This document shows, in pieces, positions 48,069-58,014 of a stretch of DNA of 64,000 nucleotides. The notes beneath the pieces were generated by a model. The model ran no database searches. It was not told the origin of the DNA and saw only the letters and a program-made list of their open reading frames with translations. A program made the position numbers and the translations under genes. The DNA is from Dehalococcoidia bacterium (GTDB lineage: Bacteria; Chloroflexota; Dehalococcoidia; GIF9; AB-539-J10): positions 24,082 through 88,081 of the forward strand of contig JAUWQY010000002.1 of assembly GCA_030610855.1 (NCBI GenBank), read 5' to 3'. How positions within the stretch are numbered: the first letter of the stretch is position 1; every line of letters starts with the position of its first letter.

Positions 48069-48869
48069 ATGGATTTCCTAGACATTGTGGATAAGACCTT
48101 CCTTGTTTTCGGGGTGGCGAACAAGAAGAGCGTCGCCTTCTCCGTCGGAGAGGTTCTCTCCGAGGCAGGAGCAGATGTAGTCTACAGTGTTCAATCAAGA
48201 GAAGGCAAAGAGAGTGTTTCCAAAATCCTTCCCGGCACCGATATCTTTGTATGTGATGTCGAGCGAGAGCCCGAGATCAAGAAGCTGGCGGAAGATATCG
48301 CAGAAAAATATGCCAGAATTCATGGCATCGTTCACTCCATAGCCTTTGCCAACTACGAAGAAGGACTCAAGCCGTTTCACGAAACTAAGAAGAAGAACTT
48401 CCTGCAGTCAGTTGATGTCTCCTGTTATTCCTTAATCGCTATTGCTAATGCCTTCAAGGACCTGCTGGATGAGAGAGCATCTGTGGTCACCATATCCATC
48501 TCAACCACCAAGATGGCAGCGGAGCCCTACGGTTTCATGGGTCCAGTGAAGGCCGCCCTCGACTCAACGATATGCTTCCTGGCTAAGTCCTTCAGTTCCT
48601 TCTCCCAAATCCGGTTTAACTCCGTGAACGCCGGGCTGTTGAAAACCTCGGCATCCGCAGGGATACCGGGTTACCTGGACTACTATCTCTTTGCCGAGCA
48701 ATTGACCCTGCGCAAGAAAGCTCTCAAGACCAAGGAAGTGGCCAACACAGTGGCGTTTCTCTTGAGCCCGCGCTCGAGCGCCATTAATGCCCAGGGCATC
48801 GTTGTCGACGCTGGAATGTCGGTCAACTACTTTGACAAAGACATCATCAAGAAGGCAATAAGGATCTAG
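48069..48869 (+). CDS. enoyl-ACP reductase (FabI-like, SDR superfamily)
   Basis: 266 aa; FabI-like glycine-poor N-terminus ([14 protein letters not shown]), HSIAFA, and a Y-x6-K-like catalytic region. Confidence 0.7.
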   Translation: MDFLDIVDKTFLVFGVANKKSVAFSVGEVLSEAGADVVYSVQSREGKESVSKILPGTDIFVCDVEREPEIKKLAEDIAEKYARIHGIVHSIAFANYEEGLKPFHETKKKNFLQSVDVSCYSLIAIANAFKDLLDERASVVTISISTTKMAAEPYGFMGPVKAALDSTICFLAKSFSSFSQIRFNSVNAGLLKTSASAGIPGYLDYYLFAEQLTLRKKALKTKEVANTVAFLLSPRSSAINAQGIVVDAGMSVNYFDKDIIKKAIRI

Positions 48870-48876
48870 CAAACCG

Positions 48877-49467
48877 ATGATTCTGTTTCCGGTCGTTATG
48901 CCGGTCATCGAAGCCGTACATGACCTCTCGGGGAAAGAGCAAGTAGCTCGTCTAAGCCGGCTTGCTCGTGAGGCACTAAAAGTGAGTGCTGAAAAAAGCC
49001 AGGTCAAGCTGGGAGAATTGCTCAAAGACGAGATTGGGAGCCCGTGCCCGGTTTCGGGCCATTACTGGTCTCTCTCCCATAAACCTGAGTGCGTGGCGGC
49101 GGTGGTGAGCAGAGATAGGATCGGGATCGATGTCGAAGAGATGAAACCCCGAACTGAGCCGCTCTTCTCCTATGTGGCGAGTGATGACGAATGGGGACTG
49201 AAGGAGAAGTCCTGGGACACATTTTTCCGCTACTGGACGGCCAAGGAAGCGACCTTGAAGGTTATCGGAATCGGTATCGGCGGCCTAAAGACCTGCCGCA
49301 TAGTCTCAGTCCCGGACGAGAGTCATATTGTTCTGGATTATAAGGGAGATTCCTTCCTGGTCGAGCAATTGAGGTACAAGAAACACATTGTTGCCGTCGT
49401 CAAGGGCGACAACGAAATCGAATGGGTAGTCCTCTCCGAATCCCAAATCCCAAGCACGAAATCCTAA
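48877..49467 (+). CDS. 4'-phosphopantetheinyl transferase (Sfp/EntD type)
   Basis: 196 aa; (I/V)GIDVEE and W(T/S)AKEA(T/Y)LK motifs. Confidence 0.8.
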   Translation: MILFPVVMPVIEAVHDLSGKEQVARLSRLAREALKVSAEKSQVKLGELLKDEIGSPCPVSGHYWSLSHKPECVAAVVSRDRIGIDVEEMKPRTEPLFSYVASDDEWGLKEKSWDTFFRYWTAKEATLKVIGIGIGGLKTCRIVSVPDESHIVLDYKGDSFLVEQLRYKKHIVAVVKGDNEIEWVVLSESQIPSTKS

Positions 49468-49570
49468 ACAGATCCTCGACTTCAGATTCCAAACCGTTTG
49501 GTCCCTTGGGTTTTGGGCCTCAGTGCTTTGATATTGTCTAGAATTTCGTACTTCGTGCCTGGGATTTTCC

Positions 49571-50959
49571 TCAGAAGTGGCTCCTGTCGAACTCCTTTGA
49601 CCGGTATCGCCCCCATCCGGGAAACACCTCGCGGTAGATCCGGAGCCTTATTCCGATTAGCTTTAGAGTCCTCAGAAGCAGCATCCTGAACATCCTGGGT
49701 TTACCGAGAAGCGCCTTCATCAAAAGGAGGAGGGTTCTCGTTAGTGTAGGCGGGCATCCTTCTATACTGACGACTGACAGCTGACAGCTATCAGGTGACT
49801 CCCTGAAGTGTGCAGGAATCGTTTCCTTCACCTTCTTGTGTAGACCTTTGTTACTTCTGATGGCACAGTCGCCGTAAAGGACGATCTTTGTAGGGGAGGG
49901 TCTTGTACCTTCCCTTTTTCCGTTTTCCGCCCTCAGTTCCAGCCCATAATACAGCTCCACAGAACCAAAATCCATTCCAGGGTTGTCCTTGCCCAGTATC
50001 GATAGAGCCAGGGCAAGCGTGGCACCACAGGCAGAACAAAGAGTTTGCCCCGGATGAGGGGCGGAAATCCCTGTTGTTCTTGACGGGCTCAGCAGTTCTC
50101 TGTCGGGTTCAAATCGCCACTCAAGGTGCTCCTTCAGAGATTCTACATCTTCTCCTTCAACCTGAATCCTACTGATATCAAAGGAACGACCATGCCTCCG
50201 GGCATATTCCTTCAGATAGTCAACTTGCGCAGGATCAATCCCCAGGATTGTCGCTCCCACAACATCGCTCTCGAATACGTCCGGACTGGCTATAATCAAA
50301 TCCTTGCGGTAAGCCGTACCGGCAAGAGTTTCTGGCCCCTTCTCCAGCATATATATTCCATCGATGATTACCAGGTCGCTCTTGACAGCTTCGTTCAATA
50401 GGCAAATCAAAGCGTCCAGTCGCTTACTAGTATGAAACCTCTTCCTCGAGTCCGGGCTGAGACAGCCCTTCAAATTCTTGAAACCCAGGGAGACCTTTGT
50501 TTGAAAGTGAGTCTTGAGCACAGGAATGTTGATGAGAAAGCCTGTCTCCAGGGCTGTTCGAACGATCTTGACCTTCACCCCTCCCAGATCAAGCTCGCGA
50601 AACGGACCCTGGTTGAAATCAACCATCTTAATCCCGTACTTCCCCGCCACCTTGTCAATGCCTGTACCCCTAAAACCCCGTTTCGTATATGGCTTGAGCT
50701 CATCGAATATATTGATGATGGAGCCTTCACCGATAGAAATATCTCTACAGCCATGTTCCAGCAGTAACTGTACGACCCCGTCTATGATCTTTGTGGTGGT
50801 TACCATCCCATAAGGAGGCATTATCTTGTGCCGGAAACAATTGTTGGGTTTTATGAGAACTCTGGCATTCCTGTCCAGCTTCTCAAATCCATGACACAGT
50901 TCGACAGCTTTACGAAGTGAGTCCAGGGAGCCATCGAACTTCACCAGCGATACTGTCAT
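49571..50959 (-). CDS. DUF362 domain protein
   Basis: 462 aa; VLIKPNNCF ... IGEGS pattern characteristic of DUF362. Confidence 0.6.
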   Translation of the reverse strand: MTVSLVKFDGSLDSLRKAVELCHGFEKLDRNARVLIKPNNCFRHKIMPPYGMVTTTKIIDGVVQLLLEHGCRDISIGEGSIINIFDELKPYTKRGFRGTGIDKVAGKYGIKMVDFNQGPFRELDLGGVKVKIVRTALETGFLINIPVLKTHFQTKVSLGFKNLKGCLSPDSRKRFHTSKRLDALICLLNEAVKSDLVIIDGIYMLEKGPETLAGTAYRKDLIIASPDVFESDVVGATILGIDPAQVDYLKEYARRHGRSFDISRIQVEGEDVESLKEHLEWRFEPDRELLSPSRTTGISAPHPGQTLCSACGATLALALSILGKDNPGMDFGSVELYYGLELRAENGKREGTRPSPTKIVLYGDCAIRSNKGLHKKVKETIPAHFRESPDSCQLSVVSIEGCPPTLTRTLLLLMKALLGKPRMFRMLLLRTLKLIGIRLRIYREVFPGWGRYRSKEFDRSHF

Positions 50960-52365
50960 GCCTCCTGCGCACCAACCTGGTAGTTCTTAAGCTCTTCAAC
51001 ATAGAGAGCCAGAAACATTCGAGCTTTCTCTTCAGAGAAGTGGGCAGGCCTATAAGTGAGGGAGAAATTCAGATTCTTATTGTACGTACCAGCGGCGATG
51101 CTCAGTCCCATTGGACTCACTACCGGTGCGGAGCCGGTCACATTGACTATTCTAGCATTGCCTATGGTGCTCACGGCCGGTTCCGCAGAACCTGGTTTGG
51201 GCCAGATAAAGCCCAAATTGGTAATAAGAATAGTGTCGACATATGTCCGTGTAACAATCAAGAACCAGCACATTCCTCTCATAACCACCAGAGGAAAGCG
51301 AGAGCAGAAGTAGAAGAAATAGACCAGGGAGAAGGCTATTCTGTTCTTGGTCGCATTTATGGTATCTCCTCTTACTTTTCTCAGTAGCTCCGCCGCATCC
51401 GTCCTATCTTTGGGCGTAGTGGGCAAGGAAAACCAGGATGCCTGGTTGGAAACAACATAGCGAAAGCCCTTCGGACTTATGTTCACCGGAGCCATTACGC
51501 GGATCCTCTTGCTGACCTTCCCATGCATGCTATTCCATTTCTCCACCATTCTGTAACAGGCCGCCAGGAGAAGATCGTTTAGCGTAACCCCAGCCAACTT
51601 TGCTTTGAGCTGGATTTGGGTCAGCTCCCGGGGGTTTATGATTTCGAAACAGAAATGGAGTTCCCTAGAGTGCCCGGATCTATCATGGAAAACCCTTGTC
51701 GGGGGAGGGAGCGCGCATAGGACAAAACGATGGAAGAGACTGAGAATCACCTTCCTGTAGTAGTGTTGCACCTTTGATCTCTGGCTGTGGGCGAATTCCA
51801 GCAGTTCGTCTCCCTTACGATTTACGCGGATATCGCCAGCATTTCCCGGGGCCGACGCTTTGGCCCCACCCCCCACAGAAAGCTGGTTGTTATAACTCTC
51901 GATAACCTTCCTTACGAAGAGAAGGGCACGGAGTCCATCTGCTGATGAGTGATGAAAAGTGAAAACCAACAGGTATTCCGTGTCGTTCTTCCTTAACAGG
52001 AGAACCCTCACCGGGAACTCCTTTCTGATATTCAAGGGTCGGTTCATCCACGACGAAAGATAGGTTTCATAGTCGGTGTCTTCCAGTTCACCCTGGTCTG
52101 CCATAGTGAGGACTCCCGTGCCGGTGCCCTCCTGTATCTGGCGGAAAGGCCTGAGGTTTCTCCTGCGCAGAATCGTTCTCATCACAGGATGAGCCCCCTG
52201 CGCCGAGACAATTGCCTGATTCAGCCTGGCGGCATCTACTTCCCCCTGAACGCTTAGAATCGTATGAATAAGCATGGGCTCGTTCATGCCATCAAGAGCC
52301 AACAGGCATTTATCAACGCAGTTCAGCGGGATGAAACCGGGGGAACTCTCCATCTCTCTTCGCAT
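50956..52365 (-). CDS. condensation-domain / WS-DGAT-like acyltransferase (HHxxxDG motif)
   Basis: 469 aa; FTFHHSSADG catalytic motif typical of NRPS condensation, WS/DGAT and PapA5-type acyltransferases. Confidence 0.65.
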   Translation of the reverse strand: MRREMESSPGFIPLNCVDKCLLALDGMNEPMLIHTILSVQGEVDAARLNQAIVSAQGAHPVMRTILRRRNLRPFRQIQEGTGTGVLTMADQGELEDTDYETYLSSWMNRPLNIRKEFPVRVLLLRKNDTEYLLVFTFHHSSADGLRALLFVRKVIESYNNQLSVGGGAKASAPGNAGDIRVNRKGDELLEFAHSQRSKVQHYYRKVILSLFHRFVLCALPPPTRVFHDRSGHSRELHFCFEIINPRELTQIQLKAKLAGVTLNDLLLAACYRMVEKWNSMHGKVSKRIRVMAPVNISPKGFRYVVSNQASWFSLPTTPKDRTDAAELLRKVRGDTINATKNRIAFSLVYFFYFCSRFPLVVMRGMCWFLIVTRTYVDTILITNLGFIWPKPGSAEPAVSTIGNARIVNVTGSAPVVSPMGLSIAAGTYNKNLNFSLTYRPAHFSEEKARMFLALYVEELKNYQVGAQEA

Positions 52366-52550
52366 AATAGTCCGGAACCGGGCCGGGCGAGGCAGTTTGT
52401 CAAGTTCAGACGGTTGTAACGATGCCCTGCCAGTTCAGTGTCCCGAAAATCCTGGTCGTCCATAGTATATCACGCCCCTGCTGTGAAGCGGTTTGGAGGG
52501 AAGACTTACCCGTTGCCATAAGTCGGGTGTGCTGGAGAGTGAACCCGGAG

Positions 52551-53336
52551 CTAAGAGCAAGCCGGCGGGTGGGGTAAGGGGGGACGTTGACCGGCAACGT
52601 ACTGGCGGAGCCTTTCAGCCATCTCAGGGTCGGCAAGACTGCTCCGGTGAATCTCCGCTTCCAGCCTGATTCCTTCCGCTAGCGGCAGCGACAGGCCCTC
52701 ATAAACGGCCCGCCGGTCGTTCTTCAGGCTGACTCGGGGGTATTCTGCTATGGCCTCAGCAAGTTCCAGGGCCCGCGGCAGAGCCTGTCCATCGGGGACG
52801 ACCTCCTGTACCAGCCCCATCTGAAGTGCGCGGGCAGCGTCAATCACGATGCCCGTCTCTATGAGATAGAGCGCATTGCCGAGGCCGACGATTCTGGGGA
52901 GGCGCTGCGTGCCACCATCGATGAGCGGAACACCCCAACGGCGGGCAGGGTTGCCAAAACTGGCGTTGCGAGAGGCGATGCGGAAATCGCACCAGCAGGC
53001 CAACTCCAGACCACCGGCTAAGCAGTAGCCGTTAACAACGGCTATGGTTGGTTTTTCCAGGTCGGTAACACAACTGATGCCCATCGGCCCGGACTCATCC
53101 GCGCCGGGACGTGCAATGAGGCCTTCAACGTGTTTCAGATCTGCTCCGGAACAGAAGGAAACATCGCCTGCTCCCGTCAGGACAAGCACCTCAAGATCCC
53201 GGGCTTTGCGGAACGATTGGACAGCCTCGAAGAGGAGTTGCGCCGTTTCAGCATCGACGCAGTTATGCACCTGCGGACGATTTATGGTTACTACAATTGA
53301 GCGGCCTTTCAGTTCAGTCTCCACTTTGGCCATCAT
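52551..53336 (-). CDS. enoyl-CoA hydratase/isomerase (crotonase) family protein
   Basis: 261 aa; crotonase fold signature (LTGAGDVSFCSGADL, IAVVNGYCLAGG). Confidence 0.85.
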   Translation of the reverse strand: MMAKVETELKGRSIVVTINRPQVHNCVDAETAQLLFEAVQSFRKARDLEVLVLTGAGDVSFCSGADLKHVEGLIARPGADESGPMGISCVTDLEKPTIAVVNGYCLAGGLELACWCDFRIASRNASFGNPARRWGVPLIDGGTQRLPRIVGLGNALYLIETGIVIDAARALQMGLVQEVVPDGQALPRALELAEAIAEYPRVSLKNDRRAVYEGLSLPLAEGIRLEAEIHRSSLADPEMAERLRQYVAGQRPPLPHPPACS

Positions 53337-53412
53337 GCACCTCCGGTGAGTATTTGGAACCTCTTGTCTGCAACCGCCCGTTTAGCGGTGGGCATTCTTG
53401 CCAGGCGGCACT

Positions 53413-53754
53413 CTACGCACGATCACTCCTCACGTACCCGTAAGCTATAAGGAATATCGCCAGGTAGTAAGTAGTCATAATAACATAGCTTGACGCCGGC
53501 ACCGAGATGGTGAATTTGTCGATGGCGATGAGTGAGTCCGAGAGGATGAAAGAGAGAGCACAGAACAGGAAAGCTACAGACAAGAGCTTGCCCGTGAGCC
53601 CGCTTACTGCTGTCAGTGCCAGGATGGACAGAGTTATCGCCGGTATCGCCTTAACTGCGAAGTGACCCGGATAAGGTGTGACCATCTGAGAGACAACGAA
53701 GATGACGGCGAATGCAAGAGCAGTATAGAGCAGGCTTCTCTGTACAGTAGTCAT
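53413..53754 (-). CDS. small hydrophobic membrane protein (hypothetical)
   Basis: 113 aa; 3-4 predicted TM helices. Confidence 0.4.
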   Translation of the reverse strand: MTTVQRSLLYTALAFAVIFVVSQMVTPYPGHFAVKAIPAITLSILALTAVSGLTGKLLSVAFLFCALSFILSDSLIAIDKFTISVPASSYVIMTTYYLAIFLIAYGYVRSDRA

Positions 53755-54084
53755 TGTGTTTTCCTCCTGATATCGACAGCAGCCGTTCCTCTATGCAGAC
53801 AGAAGATTAGCACCAGATTGCCTTGTATTCCTGTCTTTGTTCTACAGTAGTTCAGCCTTGGGGAAACCCGGCCGATAGTATATCAGGACCCCGCACTGTC
53901 AAGCGCCTGTCCAGAAGTCTTGAAGCCTTTGATCGGACTGGTGAACGTTCCTATCATTCCTTCAAGTAACTGGTCTGCTATCATAAAGGACTTGCTTTCG
54001 TATTCAATTCCGCGATGGACTGTGCCTGTCCTCTGTTGATGACTGCGCAGGTCTATAATAGAATATGGGGTAATCGGCCGAGCA

Positions 54085-55326
54085 ATGATGAATCCATTCT
54101 TCTTTGTCATTCTTATCGCCCTGCTCATTGAGCACGCGATAGGAGTGATTGCCAATCTCTTTAATCTCAAATCCCTGAGCACAAAACCGCCTCCCGCTCT
54201 TGAAGGGGTGTACCAATCGGAGGAGTATCGTAAGTCTCAAGAATACCTTCGCGCTAATACCCGTTTTGATTTCGTAACCAGTACATTCGACCTGGTCGTT
54301 TTGCTTTCCTTCTGGTTTACTGGCGGCTTCAACTATCTTGACCAGGCAGTCAGGTCCTGGGGCTTTGTTCCTATCCTGCACGGATTGTTATACATTGGCA
54401 TCTTGGTGCTAGGCTACAGCCTGACTAAGCTGCCCTTCAGCATCTATCGAACGTTTGTAATTGAGGAGCGATTCGGCTTCAACAGGACTAACCCGCGCAC
54501 TTTCGCGTTGGACAGGATCAAGGGCCTGGTCCTTGCAGCATCGATTGGTGGCCCCCTGCTAAGCGGTATTCTGGCCCTGTTTGAGTATGCGGGATACCAT
54601 GCCTGGATCTACTGCTGGATTGCCGTCATCCTCTTTTCGCTGATTTTGCAGTATGTGGCTCCGACATGGATTATGCCGCTCTTCAACAAGTTCACCCCCC
54701 TGGAACCAGGCGAGTTGAGAGAGGCTATTCTCAACTATTCCCGCTCGGTCGGTTTCCCGGTCAAAAACGTCTTCGTCATGGACGGCTCCAAGCGTTCCAG
54801 TAAATCCAATGCCTTCTTTACCGGATTTGGCCGTAACAAGCGGATTGCCCTATTTGATACCTTGATCAAGAAGCACACGGTGCCCGAACTGATAGCCGTG
54901 CTTGCCCATGAAATCGGTCATCACAAGAAGAAGCATATACTACAGGGCACAATAATCAGCATTCTTCACACGGGGGTGCTCTTCTTCGTACTATCTATCT
55001 TGCTGGGCAGCCCCGGGCTCTACGACGCATTCTATATGGAGCAGCAATCCATTTACAGCGGGATTCTCTTCTTCGGCTTGCTCTACACCCCTCTGGAAAT
55101 GGTGCTTTCGATCATGATGCACGCGCTGTCGCGTAGGAACGAGTACGAAGCTGACCGCTTCGCAGCCGACACTACCCAGCATCCACAGCATCTGGTAGAA
55201 GCGCTGAAGAAACTACATGCGGGCAACCTGTCAAACCTGGTGCCCCATCCCTTTTACGTTTTTCTCAACTACTCGCATCCGCCACTGCTGCAGCGCATGC
55301 GTGCCATTCTGCGATATGAAGCCTAG
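54085..55326 (+). CDS. M48 family zinc metalloprotease (Ste24/CAAX prenyl protease-like)
   Basis: 413 aa; multi-TM N-terminal half; HEIGHHKKKH zinc motif; downstream Glu-containing block. Confidence 0.85.
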   Translation: MMNPFFFVILIALLIEHAIGVIANLFNLKSLSTKPPPALEGVYQSEEYRKSQEYLRANTRFDFVTSTFDLVVLLSFWFTGGFNYLDQAVRSWGFVPILHGLLYIGILVLGYSLTKLPFSIYRTFVIEERFGFNRTNPRTFALDRIKGLVLAASIGGPLLSGILALFEYAGYHAWIYCWIAVILFSLILQYVAPTWIMPLFNKFTPLEPGELREAILNYSRSVGFPVKNVFVMDGSKRSSKSNAFFTGFGRNKRIALFDTLIKKHTVPELIAVLAHEIGHHKKKHILQGTIISILHTGVLFFVLSILLGSPGLYDAFYMEQQSIYSGILFFGLLYTPLEMVLSIMMHALSRRNEYEADRFAADTTQHPQHLVEALKKLHAGNLSNLVPHPFYVFLNYSHPPLLQRMRAILRYEA

Positions 55327-55466
55327 CTTTCTGAACAAGCAGTGATACTACTGAGTTGCCGTGGTAGCTTCAACTGCAGACAAGGAGACTCCGGCTTGAG
55401 CCGATAGTGGTTGGTGGCGCATTCTGCTACACTCTACTTGCCGATGAGAGTCATAAGGAGGAGCCT

Positions 55467-57926
55467 ATGGAACTAAAGAAGTATGAGGTACCGGTTGATA
55501 AGCTTCGCTGGGAATGCGATCCCAAACTGTTCGATTTTGAGTGTACCGGGGATTTAACCCCGCTTCGGGAGTTCATCGGTCAGGAGCGAGCAACGCGGGC
55601 AGTGGAGTTCGGCATAAACATGGCCGACACAGGGTATAACATCTATGTTGCCGGTCTCACCGGGACGGGAAAGACGAGCATGGTGAAGGCTTATATCGAA
55701 AGAGTCATCAAGGAACGAGAAGCCCGGGGGGAAACCGTCGACCTAAACGATTGGTGTTACCTTTACAATTTCAAGGAGCCTGACACTCCTCAAATAGCCA
55801 GTCTGCCTCAAGGTAAGGGCAAAGCCTTCCGTAAAGAGATTACCAACCTCCTTAACAAGATTCGCCACGGACTGGGGCAGGCCTTCTCCAGCGAGGAGTA
55901 CAAGAACCAGAAACAGAAGACGGTAGAAGCGGCACAGGCTCAGCAGCAGAAGCTGCTTGAGGAGATCTCGGGCGAAGCCCGCCGCCAGGGCTTCATCCTG
56001 CAGATGACTCCATCCGGCCCGGTCTTGATTCCCGTGAAAGAGGACCGTCCCATGCAGGAACAGGAGTATCTTTCTCTCAACGAAGACGTCAAGAAAGAAC
56101 TCGACTCCAGGCAAGCAGAGTTACGCAAGAAACTGAAGGCAAGCTTCGAAACTGCGAGCAATGTGCAAACGAAGGCCATGGAGCGATTACAGAAGGTAGA
56201 TGAAGACATCGGCGAGTATACCGTCTCCGGCCTATTCGGCTCGCTGTTTGAGCGATACTCTGATTGGCCGAAGGTAACTCAATATCTTACCGGCCTCAAA
56301 GCTTATATACTCGACAACCTCGAACTCTTCAAGGGAACTGAAGAACCAGTACATACCGTGTTCGGAGTCCCGGTGAGTCAAGCCATGGGAGGAAGAGATC
56401 CTTTCCTTCCGTTCCAGGTAAACGTTTTTGTGGACAACGATGGAGCCAAAGGTCCTCCTGTGATTCTCGAGAGTAATCCCAATCTCGGCAATATGTTCGG
56501 CAAGATTGAGCGGCGATTCCTCTTCGGCGGGTACCTCAGCGACCATACCATGCTGAAAGCAGGCGCTCTGAGTAAGGCCAACGGCGGCTATGTGCTGCTC
56601 AGTGTCAACGATGTGCTCACGAATCCCGGCGTCTGGCCAGCGCTTAAGCGGGCGATTAAGAATGGAGAGGTGAGAATAGAAGACCCGTTTGAGCAGTCTG
56701 GGCTCATCGCGCCCCAGGGGCTGCGACCGGAACCGATGCCGATAAAGGTGAAGGTGGTGCTTACCGGTGACGCCCTGCTCTACCAGTTGTTGTCGATGTA
56801 CGATGAAGACTTCTGGGAGATATTCAAGGTCAAAGCTGACTTTGATTCTGAGATTGAGAGAACCAAAGACAACATGCTGGCCTATGCCGCCTTTCTCTCC
56901 GGGTGTTGCAAGGAATGTGAAGCCCGACATTTCGACCCCAGCGGTGTTGCCAAGGTCATCGAGCATTCTGCCAGGATAGTGGCCGACCAGGAACGACTGT
57001 CCTCAAGGTTTGCTCAGGTCAAGGACTGGGTCGAGGAAGCCAACTACTGGGCCTTACAGGATAATGCCAAGTTTATCTCAGCCAAGCACGTGCAGAAAGC
57101 TATCGACGAGAGGCTGTTCAGACATAACCTTCTTGACGAACGAATTCGGGACATGATAAATCGGGGCACCATCATGATAGATACTGAGGGCGGGGTGGTG
57201 GGCCAGGTCAACGGCCTGAGCATTTACGCCCTCGGTGATATCTCCTTTGGCAAGCCATCGCGGATTACAGCCAAGACTTTTCTGGGACGCGGCGGCGTTA
57301 TCAACATAGAGCGAGAGTCGCAGCTGAGCGGTCCAATTCACAGCAAAGGGGTCATGATTCTGAGCGGCTATCTGGGGTGGAAGTATGCCCAGGACAAGCC
57401 GTTGTCCCTGTCGGCCAGCCTCTGTTTCGAGCAGTCTTACGAGGGCGTGGAGGGAGACAGCGCCTCTTCTGCCGAGCTATACGCCATTCTCTCCAGCCTC
57501 TCGGCCAGACCGATAAAGCAGGGTATAGCTGTGACCGGCTCGGTGAACCAGAAAGGTGAGATTCAACCGATAGGTGGCGTCAATCAGAAGATAGAAGGCT
57601 TCTTCAGAGTATGCCAGGCGAAAGGGCTCAATGGTGACCAGGGAGTGCTGATACCCCGACAGAATCTGAGAAACCTCATGCTGCGCGAGGAAGTGGTGGG
57701 CGCTGTCAGGCAGGGCCGGTTCCATATCTACTCAGCCAGGACCATCGACGAGGGTATCGAAATACTGACCGGCGTACCCGCAGGCGAGAAACAGAAAGAT
57801 GGCGTCTATCCTGAGGGCACGATTAGCTGCCTCGTCAACAAGCGCCTGGAAGAGATGGCGGAACGGCTCAAGGGCTTCTACTACGACCAGGAGAAAAAGG
57901 AAGGCGCCCAGGGTAGATGCTCTTAG
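55467..57926 (+). CDS. Lon-like ATP-dependent protease (COG1067-type: AAA+ module with insertion plus S16 Lon protease domain)
   Basis: Walker A GLTGTGKTS; C-terminal Lon catalytic Ser in GDSASSAELYAILS plus the downstream Lys region. AAGGAGGAG SD before the ATG at 55467; the ORF-track start at 55407 is an extension. Confidence 0.85.
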   Translation: MELKKYEVPVDKLRWECDPKLFDFECTGDLTPLREFIGQERATRAVEFGINMADTGYNIYVAGLTGTGKTSMVKAYIERVIKEREARGETVDLNDWCYLYNFKEPDTPQIASLPQGKGKAFRKEITNLLNKIRHGLGQAFSSEEYKNQKQKTVEAAQAQQQKLLEEISGEARRQGFILQMTPSGPVLIPVKEDRPMQEQEYLSLNEDVKKELDSRQAELRKKLKASFETASNVQTKAMERLQKVDEDIGEYTVSGLFGSLFERYSDWPKVTQYLTGLKAYILDNLELFKGTEEPVHTVFGVPVSQAMGGRDPFLPFQVNVFVDNDGAKGPPVILESNPNLGNMFGKIERRFLFGGYLSDHTMLKAGALSKANGGYVLLSVNDVLTNPGVWPALKRAIKNGEVRIEDPFEQSGLIAPQGLRPEPMPIKVKVVLTGDALLYQLLSMYDEDFWEIFKVKADFDSEIERTKDNMLAYAAFLSGCCKECEARHFDPSGVAKVIEHSARIVADQERLSSRFAQVKDWVEEANYWALQDNAKFISAKHVQKAIDERLFRHNLLDERIRDMINRGTIMIDTEGGVVGQVNGLSIYALGDISFGKPSRITAKTFLGRGGVINIERESQLSGPIHSKGVMILSGYLGWKYAQDKPLSLSASLCFEQSYEGVEGDSASSAELYAILSSLSARPIKQGIAVTGSVNQKGEIQPIGGVNQKIEGFFRVCQAKGLNGDQGVLIPRQNLRNLMLREEVVGAVRQGRFHIYSARTIDEGIEILTGVPAGEKQKDGVYPEGTISCLVNKRLEEMAERLKGFYYDQEKKEGAQGRCS

Positions 57927-58014
57927 CCTGAGCATTCTTCTGTATCGGACACTGCGGACAGCCCAAAACAGCTCCGGTAATAGAGGCAGCGATCACTGGG
58001 GACAACTCCCGATG

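Noticed and set aside
53883-54381. Minus-strand ORFs of 99 aa and 125 aa overlapping the 5' end of the M48 protease gene
   Set aside because: Overlap a strongly supported multi-TM gene start; no family resemblance; likely frame shadows.
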